Shown: in pieces, positions 26,065 to 40,100 of the stretch
Numbering within the stretch: position 1 is the first letter of the stretch
How the letters are laid out: the number at the start of each line of letters is the position of its first letter
Source: Lingula anatina
Lineage: Eukaryota > Animalia > Brachiopoda
Length of the DNA: 64,000 nucleotides
Assembly: GCA_051362555.1 (NCBI GenBank)
Contig: CM120645.1
Location: 3,162,001-3,226,000, forward strand
Direction: 5' to 3'
The notes under the pieces: generated by a model
Databases searched by the model: none
Told to the model about the DNA's origin: nothing
The model's input: only the letters and a program-made list of their open reading frames with translations
Program-made: the position numbers and the translations under genes

Positions 26065-29000
26065 AGAGAGGAGGAGAAGGAGGAAGGGGGAGTGCCTTTG
26101 AACAGATGTTTTGATCAAAATTTTTGAATTTTTTTCAGCACCCAGAGATTACTGCAAATGCAGCTACCACACTGAAAAATTTCTGCCACTGGCAGTACAA
26201 AGTCAATGAAAATGATGATTCCAACCCCAACCACCATGATACTGCTTTACTTATAACAAGGTAAACTGTCAGACAAAAAATAATTTCACATGTACTCCCA
26301 AGATGGCTGCAAATTGTTTACCCATAAGATTGGTTTCAGTGTAATATTTTTTATCTCAGAAAAATGGCCACACATTGCCACTTGTGGAATTAGATAATCA
26401 ACATTTGATCTCATTTGGGTGTTAATTGTTTTAGTATGAGAATTGTGCTTTTTTTTGTGTCAATGATCCATTGATATCCAATGATTCTTATGTTTACATG
26501 AATGGTGCAATGCAAATGTAGAGAAAATAAACAAGGTGCACATTTGCTATTTGTGATATGAGCAAGATTTCCAGTCTTAATAGAATATCGGATGTTAATA
26601 TTGGAAATCATAAATTTTGTGAAGATAAGTTTTATTGAAGTTTTGTGGTTTTATTGAATTTTGTTAAATGTGATATGACCGAAATACCACCTAAAATTGG
26701 AACCACTTTTATTTTCAGGGAAGACATATGTAGGTCAGCAAGAAAATGTGATACTTTAGGTAAGAGCTAAATCTGGGAGTCTTCAATTTATGTCCAGAAA
26801 GTCTTTCTACACAAATAGATGCAGAGTAATTTTTTGAATTAGAATGCAAGAGTAACATTTTTTGAATTAGAAAAAAATAAGAAATTGAACAAGCCAATTG
26901 TGCCCTATTTCATGTCCTATTCTGTTCTTTTGTGCATCTGAAAATTTGTTATATCTGATAATTATTTGTTTATGATTGAATTAGATCATTTGAAATCAAT
27001 ATCACCGCTTTTCTTTCCAACCCAGGCCTTGCAGAGTTGGGCACCGTATGTGATCGCCACCGTAGTTGTTCAATTACAGAAGACAATGGACTCAGTGCAG
27101 CATTCACCATTGCACACGAACTGGGCCATGTGTAAGTTATAGGCCTCAGGATTTGGTTTAAAATTGTACATCCCTGATTCTTCTTTGCAGAAAGCTATTA
27201 TGTTGTTCAGAGTCATGAAAATTTATGACAAACAAGCATAAAAATAAGAATTTTTAATCAAAAAGGATTAACTGTCTTATTGAATTGTTTTATATTTCTG
27301 AACTGTAAGATCACTATTGAAGTTAAATGTGGAATTTTTTCTCAAAGTGCTTTTCATTATCTAAGAGAAATGATGCAAAAGACAGAGTGAATGAATATTA
27401 TTTGAATTCTCAGAAAGTGAAAATAAACAAATAATGAAATAATTTCTGTCAGTAAAAAGAACAAATTAATAGTAGAAAATGAAACATGGTAAAGTAAATG
27501 AAGAAAAAATAAAGATATGTTGTCATTTCTCTTCTGTCCTTCAGTTTCAGTTTACCTCATGACAATCATCCCAAATGTCGCCAGTTCCCTGGAGGAAAGG
27601 CGGGAATTTTTAACGTCATGGCGCCCACTTTAGACTACAACACGTACCCCTGGTCATGGTCTGCGTGCAGCAAGACTCTTATCACAAGTTTTTTAGAGTA
27701 AGTTGATCAAATATTCAATGATGGAATATAAGTTAATCACTTTTCTTTATTCTGAGAAGTTCTTATTTCTGTATTTTTGACTTTCTTATCATACACACAG
27801 GGATGAATCACATGGCTTCATTTCTTAGCAAATATGTCAAGTATTCAGTGAGGAAATATCACTGCATTAAATTTCTTCATTAGACCTTTTTCAGTCTTTG
27901 AAACAAATTGTTCATTTAAGTTTACTCAAATGAAAATTATACCTATAGCTCAGGCCATATATTTATTGGTATAAATTTTGGAAAATTCAGTTCACAGAAA
28001 TCTTGTATAAAATTCCCTCAATGCACAACCTTTTCCCTGCAGGTCTGACCATGTATATTGATATGAATTTTCCATGAATTTTGGAAAATTCCATCCTCAG
28101 AAATCTTGTATAAAATTTCCTTTATGTCCATCTTTCCCTGCAGGTCTGGCCATGGCAACTGCTTGCTGGACAAGCCAAGTAAGAAGGAATACGTGGACAG
28201 GATGGACAAACTTGAGAGACACCATCCTGGAGAGCTGTACAATGTCAATGAACAGTGTCAGCTGGTGTATGGGAGGGGATCTAGAGTTTGCCCATATATG
28301 GTATGTTGAGATTTCTGAATTATCCCATATATGGTAAAATGTGTATTTTGTTAGATGTTATCAATAATATCACTGGAAAAATTGGTTAAGCATGCATGCG
28401 TAATGAAATGGTCTGATGAAACTGGTAAAAAATAATTATAATAATATTTATTCATCCAGTTTAATACACATAATCAAAACTTATTTTATCCTCCCAAGAG
28501 CAGAGAAAACGAAGAAGTATTATTCATCAAAGATAAACTGGGTTAAACTATATCCGGTGTTTTAGAGTACATATTCTCTGTAATGCTTCCAGACAGTATG
28601 CAGAACATATATTTATCCACACATCAGTCATACACAGGATATCTCCCTCAAGCTTGGCAGTCTGGTGTCTTGTAGTACACATACTTCATAATCTTCCCAG
28701 ACAGACTGTTTTAACTGTCTGAATTTCAGAACCATCCCACAGACACAAAGTTTCCATCTATTGGTTGGGGACCCATTAGCATTATTTGCGAAGAGACATT
28801 CTTTGGGGCAATGATTGTTAGCAGTCATTAAAAAAACAAGGCCCCCTTTTGTTGTCTGAATTAATTTTCTGCATTGTTGCTAATGTTTTGTTTGTTTAAT
28901 GTCTCCTCCATGTTTTTAATTTCTCCTCACCATATTTCCCCTTTGCATACCAAACTGATTCCTCCACGTGTCTACCACAAGATATTTTTTTCCAAATTAG

Positions 29001-32000
29001 ATTGTCCTTTATTTGAGCAATTTGTGGTAACTACAGCACAATTTTTTGTCCGAAATGTTATGATGAACAATTTGTTATAATATACGTTCTTTATTATAGG
29101 ACTTAATTACTTTTTTTCTTTGTGACTCTCTTGTGCTGAATTATGACAGTGGTTAGAGTGGAAGAAATCTGAGGCTTTTAGATTTGGGATAACTGAATGG
29201 AAATTAAAATATGTCGCATGTGGCACTGGAGTAATTAACATTCTAGACAGTCTGATGTCATCCAGTAATCAGTTCTGTGGTGTTTGTGGTGACATTTAAG
29301 CAAGCAAAGGAACATGTATGTCTCCAACAGCTGTTTGGTTTATAATTGCTCATAATACAGGACCATGTGGTCTGCATGTGAGTGGATCTTATCAAGTTGT
29401 CTTCTCATTTTGAACTAAGTTTGCTTTTGACTTGAGTGTCATAATTGAAGTGTTTTCTTAAACCAGTAAATTATAAGGAAATGTGACCTCCAATTAAAAA
29501 AAAAAAAAAAAGCAATGTTTTAAGGCATATGAATATCACTCTTCTGTGCTTTCATCTTTCTTACAACGTTATGGAAAAAAAAGAAAAGGAGTGAATTAGG
29601 AAACTGCATAAAAGTTAATTTAATTTTAATTTGACAAATTTAAATGCTTTTTGCTATTGGTCTTGGTTTTCATTTCAGCCTGTGTGTAAGCGCCTATGGT
29701 GCACAGCACAGTATGGTCTGGCAAATGGCTGTAGAACACAACACATGCCCTGGGCAGACGGGACTCCATGTGATACTAACAAGGTCTGTACATCTACTCT
29801 TGACTATTTTACATATGTTTTTAAGGCAAATGTTGTACAGAAGGTGACTTCTGTGTGTGAGTGTGCATGCAGGCCACTCGTTTTTCCTTTTGCTGCCAAA
29901 TTCAGTTCTAATTACATCAATGAATCTTGCTCATCTTAAATTCAGAATTTTAAAAATCCATACAGTCATGCATTTTCACAACTGAAGTCTAACAATCTTC
30001 CTAAATGTATGACAACAAGTGCTGGAAATTGCTTTATCTCATTCTCCAGTGGTGCATGCGTGGAGAGTGCGTCCGTATGCAATCAACCAAGAAGCAGCAG
30101 GGTGGCTGGAGTTCCTGGGGCGGGTACGGAGAGTGCTCTCGAAGCTGCGGAGGAGGGATCAAAGTGGCTCAGAGATACTGCAACAATCCTCCGTATGTAT
30201 AGCCAATCACCTCTCACGAGATTACAACAGGCTGTGTGATTTCTGAGATTTTCTGTTCTATCTTGCCAAACCTATTAGAAGAACCTTAATTTGGAAACTT
30301 GTTTCCTTTCTTTGCATTATTCTTATTGAAAAGTTCTGCCCCAGTGCTGTTGTATCATTTTCATTAGTTAAAACATAAGAGTTAAGGAGTTGTTGTTGTG
30401 TTAGAGGTGACAGATTGGAACAGTGGTTGTGCTGGTACATTGTGTTTGGTTGAGCTGTGCACACCATTGTGCTGTCTTCTCAAACACAGTGCATGTTTTC
30501 TATAAGATGAAAATATAAAAATCTGTTCTTATTTTCAGACCTAAAAATGGTGGAAAGTACTGTGTGGGCAGGAGATCCAAGTATAGGTCTTGCAATGTTA
30601 GGGTAAGACCACTTGTTTTCTTAATTGAAATAAAAAAGAGTAAGGAGTCATTTTTGTTTCTATAACATTTGCTTATAGCATATTTGTCCCAATTACATTA
30701 TCATGACTATGTTGTTATTTTCCTGAGATTAAAACAATATCAAGATTTAACGGAATTGATGATGATAGCTTGTTAATATTTATTTATTTATTTTAATTTT
30801 CTTGATTATAAAATAGATTTAAAAAGCCCATCAGAACACAAGTATTTCATTGTTTTTAATTTTGAAAAAAAAAAAAAACATCTTAGATGGCTTTCTCTTC
30901 CCAGGACTGCCCAGCTGGTTCCATGGACTTCCGTGCAGAGCAGTGTGCAAAGTTCAATGGCAAACACTTCAACATAGACGGCCTGCCTCCAAGTGTACGC
31001 TGGGTTCCAAAGTTATATACGGGTAAGTGTCTTGGTCATAAAGACAGGAAAGAAAATGCATTACTGAATCAAAAAAGAGACAGAGACAGGGACAGATCCA
31101 GAGATATTTTCTGACAGTCTTCCAAATTATCTGTGTTGATCCATCCTTCATTTTTGACCACATTTTGACAGAAAAAAATTAGATCCCTGTGAATGTAAAC
31201 TTGAAAAATTCTGACAGCTGGAAAACCTAGAAGATGCTCTGTTTGCCCATGAGAGAGGTGGGCAGATAGACAGACAAACAGACAGATTTAGCATTTTGTG
31301 TTGTCACTCTGTCATAATTTCTTTCTCTTAACAACAGTAACATCATATGTTTCAGCAACTCCATCTGATCAATGCAGGCTGTACTGTGAAGCAGAAGGCG
31401 ATGGCAACTTTCTACCTCTAGCGAACAAGGTGATTGATGGGACAAAGTGCGGTCCAGACACAACAGACATTTGTGTCAACGGGTTCTGTAGGGTAAGCAT
31501 GGATAGCACATTTGATTGTAATTTTAATTAAAATATTTCTTTGTTAATTCAGTTTTCTTTAAAGTTGTCATTTTAGTTCAAATCATAGTATGATGACGTG
31601 TAAATACTTGTGTAATATTCTCAATTCTCTTGAAGATTAATTAACGCATACAAGCATGTGTTTGGTTATGTATCTTCAGCTGTATATACATATGATTGTT
31701 AATGCATAGACATGTGTTTCAGAGAGCTGGGTGTGATAACGTCCTAGGGTCCAGCAAAAAATTTGACCGCTGCGGTGTTTGTGGCGGCGATAACTCTTCG
31801 TGTGAAACAGAAACTCACAGGTTCCGAGGACCAGTTGTTTTTGGTAATGGGCTCAAGTTGAAAATTAAAGATTTATTTTTTATTAAAGTAGATAGGAATT
31901 CGCTACCTAAGAAGAAAAAAAGTATAAACCTGAATTATACTTTTGAACATGTACATGAACAGGGGGCATGTGCACAATTTCGAAAATTGTAGTTTCAAGC

Positions 32001-35000
32001 ATACATTTTTGTACTAGATTTTTTAAATGAAATCTCGACAGAAACCTAAAAAGATATTAACATTTTTGAGAAAAAAAGTAAAACCCACAGTGCATCTGTA
32101 CACATTTATCTCTGGGTCCCTTGATATAAAAGAGTCTGAGGTCCCAGTGTTTGGTTCACTCCAGTATGTGTATACATGCTCATATAATAGCAAATGTATG
32201 TAGAATTGGTATCATGTCTTGGATGTAGACATTTTGTCTTTTCAAAGTAACCTGTGTTAGTGAATTCCATATCAGTATTAATTTTTTTAGTTTTGTTTGC
32301 AGAGATTTTCCCTCAGTAATGGAATAGAATTTCACACGTTATTCTCGACATGTTTTTTTTTCAGGTTATAATAAGGTTGGCACCATCCCCAGTGGAGCCT
32401 CAGAAATAGATATACGTCAATACAACCATGTAAACAAACATACTGATGATACATATTTAGGTGAGGGGCACCTTGGGGTTTGTTAACTTTGACAGATTTG
32501 ATATCACTGCCATAGAAATATGGAAAATTGAATAAAGATGTCTATAACATATGTAGGCCAAGATTTTCTATGAAATTCATATTCAATTGTTGGCATTTAG
32601 AACTGTAGCTTTCTCGGATTTTTTTTTTTTTAAAGGGGATATTTTTTTGGTATTCTAAATTTCCTTGTTATGGTATTATCCAACATTTCTAAGTAGCAGT
32701 GCCTAATATACACTAGATGTGCACTATCAGTTTTTAAAAGATTGGTAAATATTATAAACCAAACTTTGGTTTTTAACTTTTCTAGCACTACAAAATAGCA
32801 ATGGAGAATATATACTCAATGGACATTACCAAGTCACTGTATATCCCAAGTCAGTTGAATTACGAGGAGCCACTCTCGATTACTCAGGATCAGACAATCT
32901 GGTGGAAAGGATCAACTGCTCTAAGTCAATCAAAGAAGATTTAATTATTTTGGTAATAATTGCTTAGCTGTTGTCAAAGAGTACTATCCTATTACTATAT
33001 CTTTTGTTATGATGCCAAATTGGAAATTGTCTGTTTATAAATTTTTTTTAGATTCACATAGGTTAATTGCTGTGCCAATCTGACATATGCAATCTAAAGT
33101 ATCTAAAAAGATTATTATTATTATTTGAAAAAAGACAATTTGTGATCCACTATGCTGTGACTATAGATAGTTGGGTTGGCATCATCTCAGCTTAAATCTC
33201 CCTCTTTCAACCTTATACTATTTCTTTTTCTTTCACTATTTTGGTGTGAGTGCTTCTTGATAATTGCTCTTTGTCCATTGACAATGCAATGTTTTCTATA
33301 TTCGATTGTTTGTTTGTTTTTCTAAGACCATATTCTCATAGTTTGTTTATGGAAACATTTTCCTAAATGTCTGACTCCAGCATAGAAGTAAATATTGTTG
33401 AACAAAGAAAATTGCCCGCTTAAAGTGTATAGCTATTTCTTTATCATGAATCACATTTTTGATACAACTCCCTGCATCCATCTTCTTCTCTGTGAAGTCT
33501 CTGAAGTCTCCTAAATCATGCTTTTGATGTTGTGGTTGTACCCAGGTGTTAGCTGTTGGAGAGCTAGAGCAACCGGACATTCACTGGACATATGTAAAGT
33601 CCACTGGCAAACACATCCACTATATTTGGTACACACAGGGACCATACACCAAGTGTGACAGGTTATGTCAAGGTAATACGCTTAGACACAGGGAACTGGG
33701 AAATGACCTGTTTTGTCTGATGATACACAGGGAATAGAAGGAACAATGTTATGCTCACATATTGTTTTACAGAAAAGTGGTATATAAATGATGTACGTTT
33801 GATCTCTTTAAGTAGAGAATAATATTTATGACATTTTATTTCTTTGTAAGATGATTACTGTTATTCGGCTATTGTTATTTTGTTATGATTAGGTTTCCAT
33901 TATCGGCAAATAATATGTGTAACTAAGGATGACAAAAGGCGCGTGTCAGATGAGAAGTGTGCAAATATTCATCGGCCCAGGCAGAAAATGGAGAAGTGCA
34001 ACACAGACTGCTCATTAGGGTAAGTTTATTTCTGTGATTTTTCAGAAAACAATTTTGACTAGAAGTCTTTTCTTTTTTTCTTGCATATGGTTATTCCAAT
34101 AAAATGCAGTAATACAATTGGAAGATAGATATTAAAGCTCAAATCTTTTGCCAAATTAAATTTTAGAATATTTTTCTTCTTCCAACCTTCAGCTGGCATT
34201 CCTCTCAGTGGAATGAGTGCTCATCAAGATGTGGAAAGGGCATCAAGCAAAGACTGGTTCAGTGCGTCAAGAAAACATCCAATGAAATCTCATCAGTGGA
34301 AGATACCCACTGCTTGAAGATACGCGATAAACCTGCCTCGGCTTCCTCATGTCAAGGAGAATGTCTTCCAGCTCACTGGGGGTACACAGACTGGACACAG
34401 GTAGATTGCTTTCTGTCATTTTCTCTTGTGTAAAGATGGCAAATGTTAGTTAACTATTTCTATAGGGACTTAATGTTATTTCTTTAACCTACATGTATTT
34501 TGTGTGGGCAATACTTTCCAATCCTTTTCAATTTAATAAGGTCTATATTTCATTAAAATACTATTTTACAAAAACACGAAATCATCCAACTTTATAATTT
34601 TTTCATTGATAAATAATTTAACTTTTGAACATTCCCAGTGCTCCGCCACATGTGGAGGAGGTTTTCAGCATCGCCAGGGCACCTGTTATGATTCCAAGGG
34701 AAAGGAGCTGGTGGACAAGGAGTGTGAGAATGAGAAAAAACTTGTACGGAGAGGATGTAACAACATTCCCTGTCCTGACTGGTACGTCATGGAGTGGAGT
34801 CTGGTGAGTTGATGGCACTTTTTAAAAAGATTTTGAATATTATTAGACATCTTAATTAGATGGTGTGTGTATGTGTGTGTAGAATTTTTGAAATCTGTTA
34901 CAGAACTTTCATCATTTGAATTGAAGTGAATGGTTTTAAATTGTAGCTGTTTGTTAGGATTTGTCTTCACAGATTTTTATCTGGATTTTTGATTTGAAAA

Positions 35001-35296
35001 AATTTGCAATGTTCTTTCTTACACTCTGTCCAAAGAGACAAATGTACATCATACAATCACCTTTATGGGCTGCTCATTTCAGTGTTCTGCTACCTGTGGC
35101 CGTGGCACGCAGTATCGACAGGTGTACTGCCGGCAGCATGCCAACCAAGTCAGCGATAGATTCTGCGACAATCAGCCGAGACCAGAATCTCGTCAGCATT
35201 GCAGTCTTGAGCCATGCCCAACATGGCAGACAGGAACGTGGACTGCAGTAAGCAATTTTCCATCTTTAGCTGCTGTGATACAATTTTTTATTATTA

Positions 35297-35332
<36 letters not shown>

Positions 35333-36456
35333 TTTTGGACCCTGTGATGAGTGTTACATTTAAACATATTAACAAAAACCTGACACAGTCAATAAAACAT
35401 GCAACACAAGTGTGGCTAATTTCAAGAGTGATTTGGTCCATCAATACAGCATTACTCGCAACCAAGACAGAAGAAGGGATTTGGTTTTTACCTTGTGTGT
35501 CTGTTTACCTCCCGTAACATCATTTCAATATGTATCTGCATACTGTCTTATGACAATTCATAGAACCAATTATTCTTGATATACGGTCTATTTGTAATTT
35601 GGTTCTTATTTCCAGTGTTCTGTTAGTTGCGGGCGTGGAACTCAGGTCCGTTCCATCACCTGTCAGTCTCACACCAACACAGTGATTAAGGACCATCATT
35701 GTTCTCGGTCAACAAAGCCAAGCAGCCATCAAGACTGCTCCATGCCACGGTGCACCACAACCACAACAACAACTACAACGACTACTACAACACCGACTAC
35801 AACAACTACTACAACTACAACCACTACTCCACAACCTAGAGTGTACCACTGGAGAACAGGGGGATGGACCACTGTAAGCATTATTGTTGTGATAAGTGAA
35901 TTGGGAACTGCTAGTGGGTCAACTTTTAGTATTTTAAATGTGCTTTTCAGCTTATACAAATAAAACCTACAACTTTTAAAATACTGTTCTGAGCGCCTTT
36001 TTTTTAAAACTAAATTTGGACATTGTACTAACAGTTCCAACCTTTAATTTGGACATGTGGTGCTGGAATTGTTAGTATGGGCAGTGAGTGATATATGCTC
36101 TTGGGGTAAAAAATTGGAACTGCCAGTCATTGTCTCTTTAACAAACACTTATTTGCCATGTCATATTACCTTTGGAATATTTTACTGTCCTGATGAAAAG
36201 AGAGTTAGGTACAATATATGACTTTTCTTTCTCAGTGCTCAACAAGCTGTGATGAAGGCAACAGGGAGCGCATGGTTGTTTGTCAGGACCAACATAACAC
36301 CAGGGTCCATGATTCTTATTGCTTTCACCTCACTAAACCTACAAATATTGAAAGATGCCGTCTGTCTTACTGTGGACATTGGAGGATGGGAGACTGGAGT
36401 CAGGTAAGTGCAGAAAGTTTTCATTCATTCATTTAACTCAACAGGAGGACAGACAG

Positions 36457-36492
<36 letters not shown>

Positions 36493-37137
36493 CTTTATCC
36501 ATCTCAATTATAGAGGTTAAAATTGAGACTTAATGTATAAAAAGTAAAAGAACAGAATTCTGTAATTTATATTTAACCATTACATTTCTGTTGAAACGTA
36601 AATTGATTTGAATATTGGTTTGCTTTATATTTAGTGTTCAGTAAGTTGTGGAAAAGGGGTTGCTACACGCTACATAGCCTGTATCTCAAGAACAAAAAAA
36701 CAAGAGCAAGAAATAATGGAAGATTCTAGCTGTGATCCTGCCCTCAAGCCACCTGCAACCGAAATGTGTGATATAGATTGCCCAGAAAGAACCGACATTC
36801 ACACTGAGAATTCCAGAATTAAGATAACACCCAGAAGACATGATATTCTGCATGTCGAGCCAGATCCCAAGAAATACGACATTGTGAAAATTGAAAGTAA
36901 TAAAGTCGAACACACGCGGCATTGGAGGGCTGGTCGCTGGAGTGAGGTGTGTACAGTTTTACATGTGTCACACTCGACACAATCTCATTAATTTTTTTTT
37001 TCACATCCTGCACACTCTTAAAATTCTCTAGGGCACAACTAACACAATTTGAATGCCACATCTAGCAGTTGCTCATAGAAAAGTCCAAAAGGAAGAAATA
37101 AAATGTCTTGCAGGGATTGACTCCCCCCTCCCCTTTC

Positions 37138-37168
<31 letters not shown>

Positions 37169-40100
37169 AAGAGAGAAAGAAAGAAAAAGAAAAGAAAATA
37201 CACAGCATTTAAAAACTAAGCAAACAAATACATATATACTTATTTTCAACTGAGAAAATTAATATTCTGTGGCTGTTTCAGTGTTCCAAGACCTGCGAGA
37301 CAGGCTGGAGGATCAGAAAAGTGGTCTGTATGGATGAGAAGGGACCCACTGAGGGGTGTCACAAGGACCAGATGCCCCCCAGTAAAGAGCAGTGCAATGC
37401 TGGAGGATGTCCAGTTTGGAGTTTTGGCAACTGGGGCATAGTGAGTCTCATAACATTTTGTTCCTTATTTGTTAGTGTAGTTGGGCTATTGCCATAGACT
37501 ATTGCAGACATTTATCCTGAATTTTGAAATTTTAGATTATATTTGATTTGATGAACTTTTTATATCATAAAGAACTGTATATCAGAATGATTCTGAAATC
37601 AGCTAGTGCCAAATGCATTGTGTCAGAATCCTCACGTGGTAAATACCTTTCATTTGTTGTTAAGAGGTATAAAAGTTGACAACTTTAAAACTGTTCATAT
37701 GACATAAATTTCAGTGCTCTGCAAGCTGCGGAGAAGGCACTCAGAACCGCATGGTCCGCTGCCGAATGCGTAACGGCACTGTGCTGACAGACAGCCATTG
37801 CAAAGGGACCACAAAACCTGCTGATACCCAAAAATGTTCCATCAAACCTTGTCCCACAGCCCCAAGTGTGGTTAACAGCAGAGAACAGGGTCAAGGTGAA
37901 GGTCAGAAAGGTCAGGACAGGGGTCAAGGCCACAGAGGTCATGATAACAGAGGTCATGTCCACAGAGAAGAAACCAGACGAGGTCACTGGAAAAACGGAC
38001 CATGGTCTAGGGTAGGCCGTCTTTATTATTCACAAAACCATTAACAGCTTTGGAGTGATTTTAACGAAAATTTTTAAAAAATGGTGTACATTTTATGTTC
38101 AATCTCATTTATGCATTATGCATTGCCCATATATAGGCATTTCAACAATGTCTGACACAATATAGCTCCCTGCAAGAAGTGATGGGTGATATTTTTCATT
38201 GAAGTGATCGTTTGTTTTTGAAGGTCAAAACATGTGCACCCATAGAGAATTATGCTCAATCAGTCAGTGGTATACATAACACATTACCTCCACATTTTAA
38301 CATTGCCACTAGTTTTCAAGACTGCAGCAAAATATACAAAATGAGTGGAATATATTTTTAAGCAATTGTTCCAAGTGGTGTATTGGTCATTAACTTGATA
38401 GAAAGTAGCAAATAAAATTTAAAGTAAAAATTAGCTGTAGATTAAACAAATGATGAAGTTTGGACTATCTTGTTAATTTACGTATTGATCAAGATTTGGT
38501 TACCGAGTTTAGAAGGCTTAAATATTTGTATAATATATAGTATCTAGTCTTTTTAGAGTGAGATGAAATATAGGAAGAGGATGCATTCTTTAGTATCTGT
38601 ATTTTTATTTTACTTGACCCTGTCTCAGATTGATGGTGGAGATGGTGATTGCATTAGTTGTGATCTCAACAACCGCAATCCATCTCATTCTGAATAGATT
38701 TATAAGGCATACAATGAGTGATAGACCTTTATAAAGCAAAAGTGAATGATCTTGAAAATTTCAACACTTTTGCCTTAGTCATTAAAGCCAATTTTTTCTT
38801 CCAAAACTGTTGAAGTAATCACTATCTATAAATTGTGTTTTCAAGCTCTCAGGTTGTAATTCTAACAGTAATGAGTGAAAATGTCAGTCTCCATCTTCAT
38901 TATGAAAGTGATTAAAAATTAGATACTTAAACTCAGAATTGGTTTTATAGTTAGCAATTTTCTCAACAGTTCTGGATATGGTATACCTTGGATAATTAAG
39001 GGAAAAGTATTAGAATTTCCAGAAAATCAATTTCTTTGCAATATATAAGCCAAGTGTTCATTGCGGGCTTTTAACAATTGTTTTTTTAGATTTGAGGTTA
39101 GTGAGGCTAGTCTTCATCATATACCTTAATTAAAAAATAAATAAAAAATAACAGCTATTGTTTATAATTAAGTGTCATCATATGATGAATGTACAAAGCT
39201 ATACACTGCCATTGTGGAAGTCACATTAATTTATTTGTTCATAACTAACATCTTTTACACACTCTCATGTTATTTATATATTTGTTATACATGTTATATT
39301 GTTTACAAGATTTACATATTGAAATAATTGAGTTTGGCCAGTGCTAGTTAGGTTTTATTTCATGTTTACCATGAAGTGTTTTATAATGAGAAAAAATTAT
39401 TGACATAACTCAAGAAGCAAATAGTCAGTAGGTAAATTGTCTCTTTTGTTTATTTTATCTTTTACCATTAAATATGTGTATTCATGAAAACTCATTAATT
39501 GACATAACTTAATCAAATAACCCTAAAGCAAATTATATTTATTAACTCCACTTAATTCAGAAGAAATTCTCAGCCATTTAACCAGCCAGTGGAGACATTA
39601 TAGTAGGCATGGTGCAGCATATGTTATGAATGAAAAATAAGTTCAGTTACACCTCCCAAGACAATAGAAATGCCATGGCTGTGAGTGGAAGGACCAGACT
39701 AGGAGCAGTGTGAAATATGTAACAGTTTAAGAAGAGAGTAAGAAATGTAGAGGTTAAGAAAGTCATAGTTGAATTCATGTAAGAGTCTGACAAACAGTCT
39801 AAACTAGTTGCCATGGACTGAGCCTTCTGAAATTATTAGTTTACAGCCCAGCAGTAAGACACCTGATTACTTGGGCTGACTGATGAGATCATTGAAACTG
39901 TTCAGTACTGGTTTATCATTCTCATCTTGAGAGGCCATTACTTAATATTTGTGTGTGTGTATGCGTGTATGTGTGCATGCATTTTTGTGCATATTTTTTT
40001 CTGTTAATCGCATGTCTGCTGCAACTTTCATGGGTCAAAAAAAAAAATTAGAATTTCCATGCCTTGCTGCCATTTTAACTTAACGAGTTAAAGCAAGAAA

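Noticed and set aside
35193-36040. ORFs with poly-Ile or poly-Val that look like membrane proteins
   Set aside because: They are read-through into an (ATT)n microsatellite and the antisense of the poly-Thr exon.
39882-39926. bantam-like TGAGATCATTG in a weak hairpin
   Set aside because: Only about 11 nt match. The match sits on the 5' arm whereas mature bantam is 3p, and the stem is short with a large internal loop.
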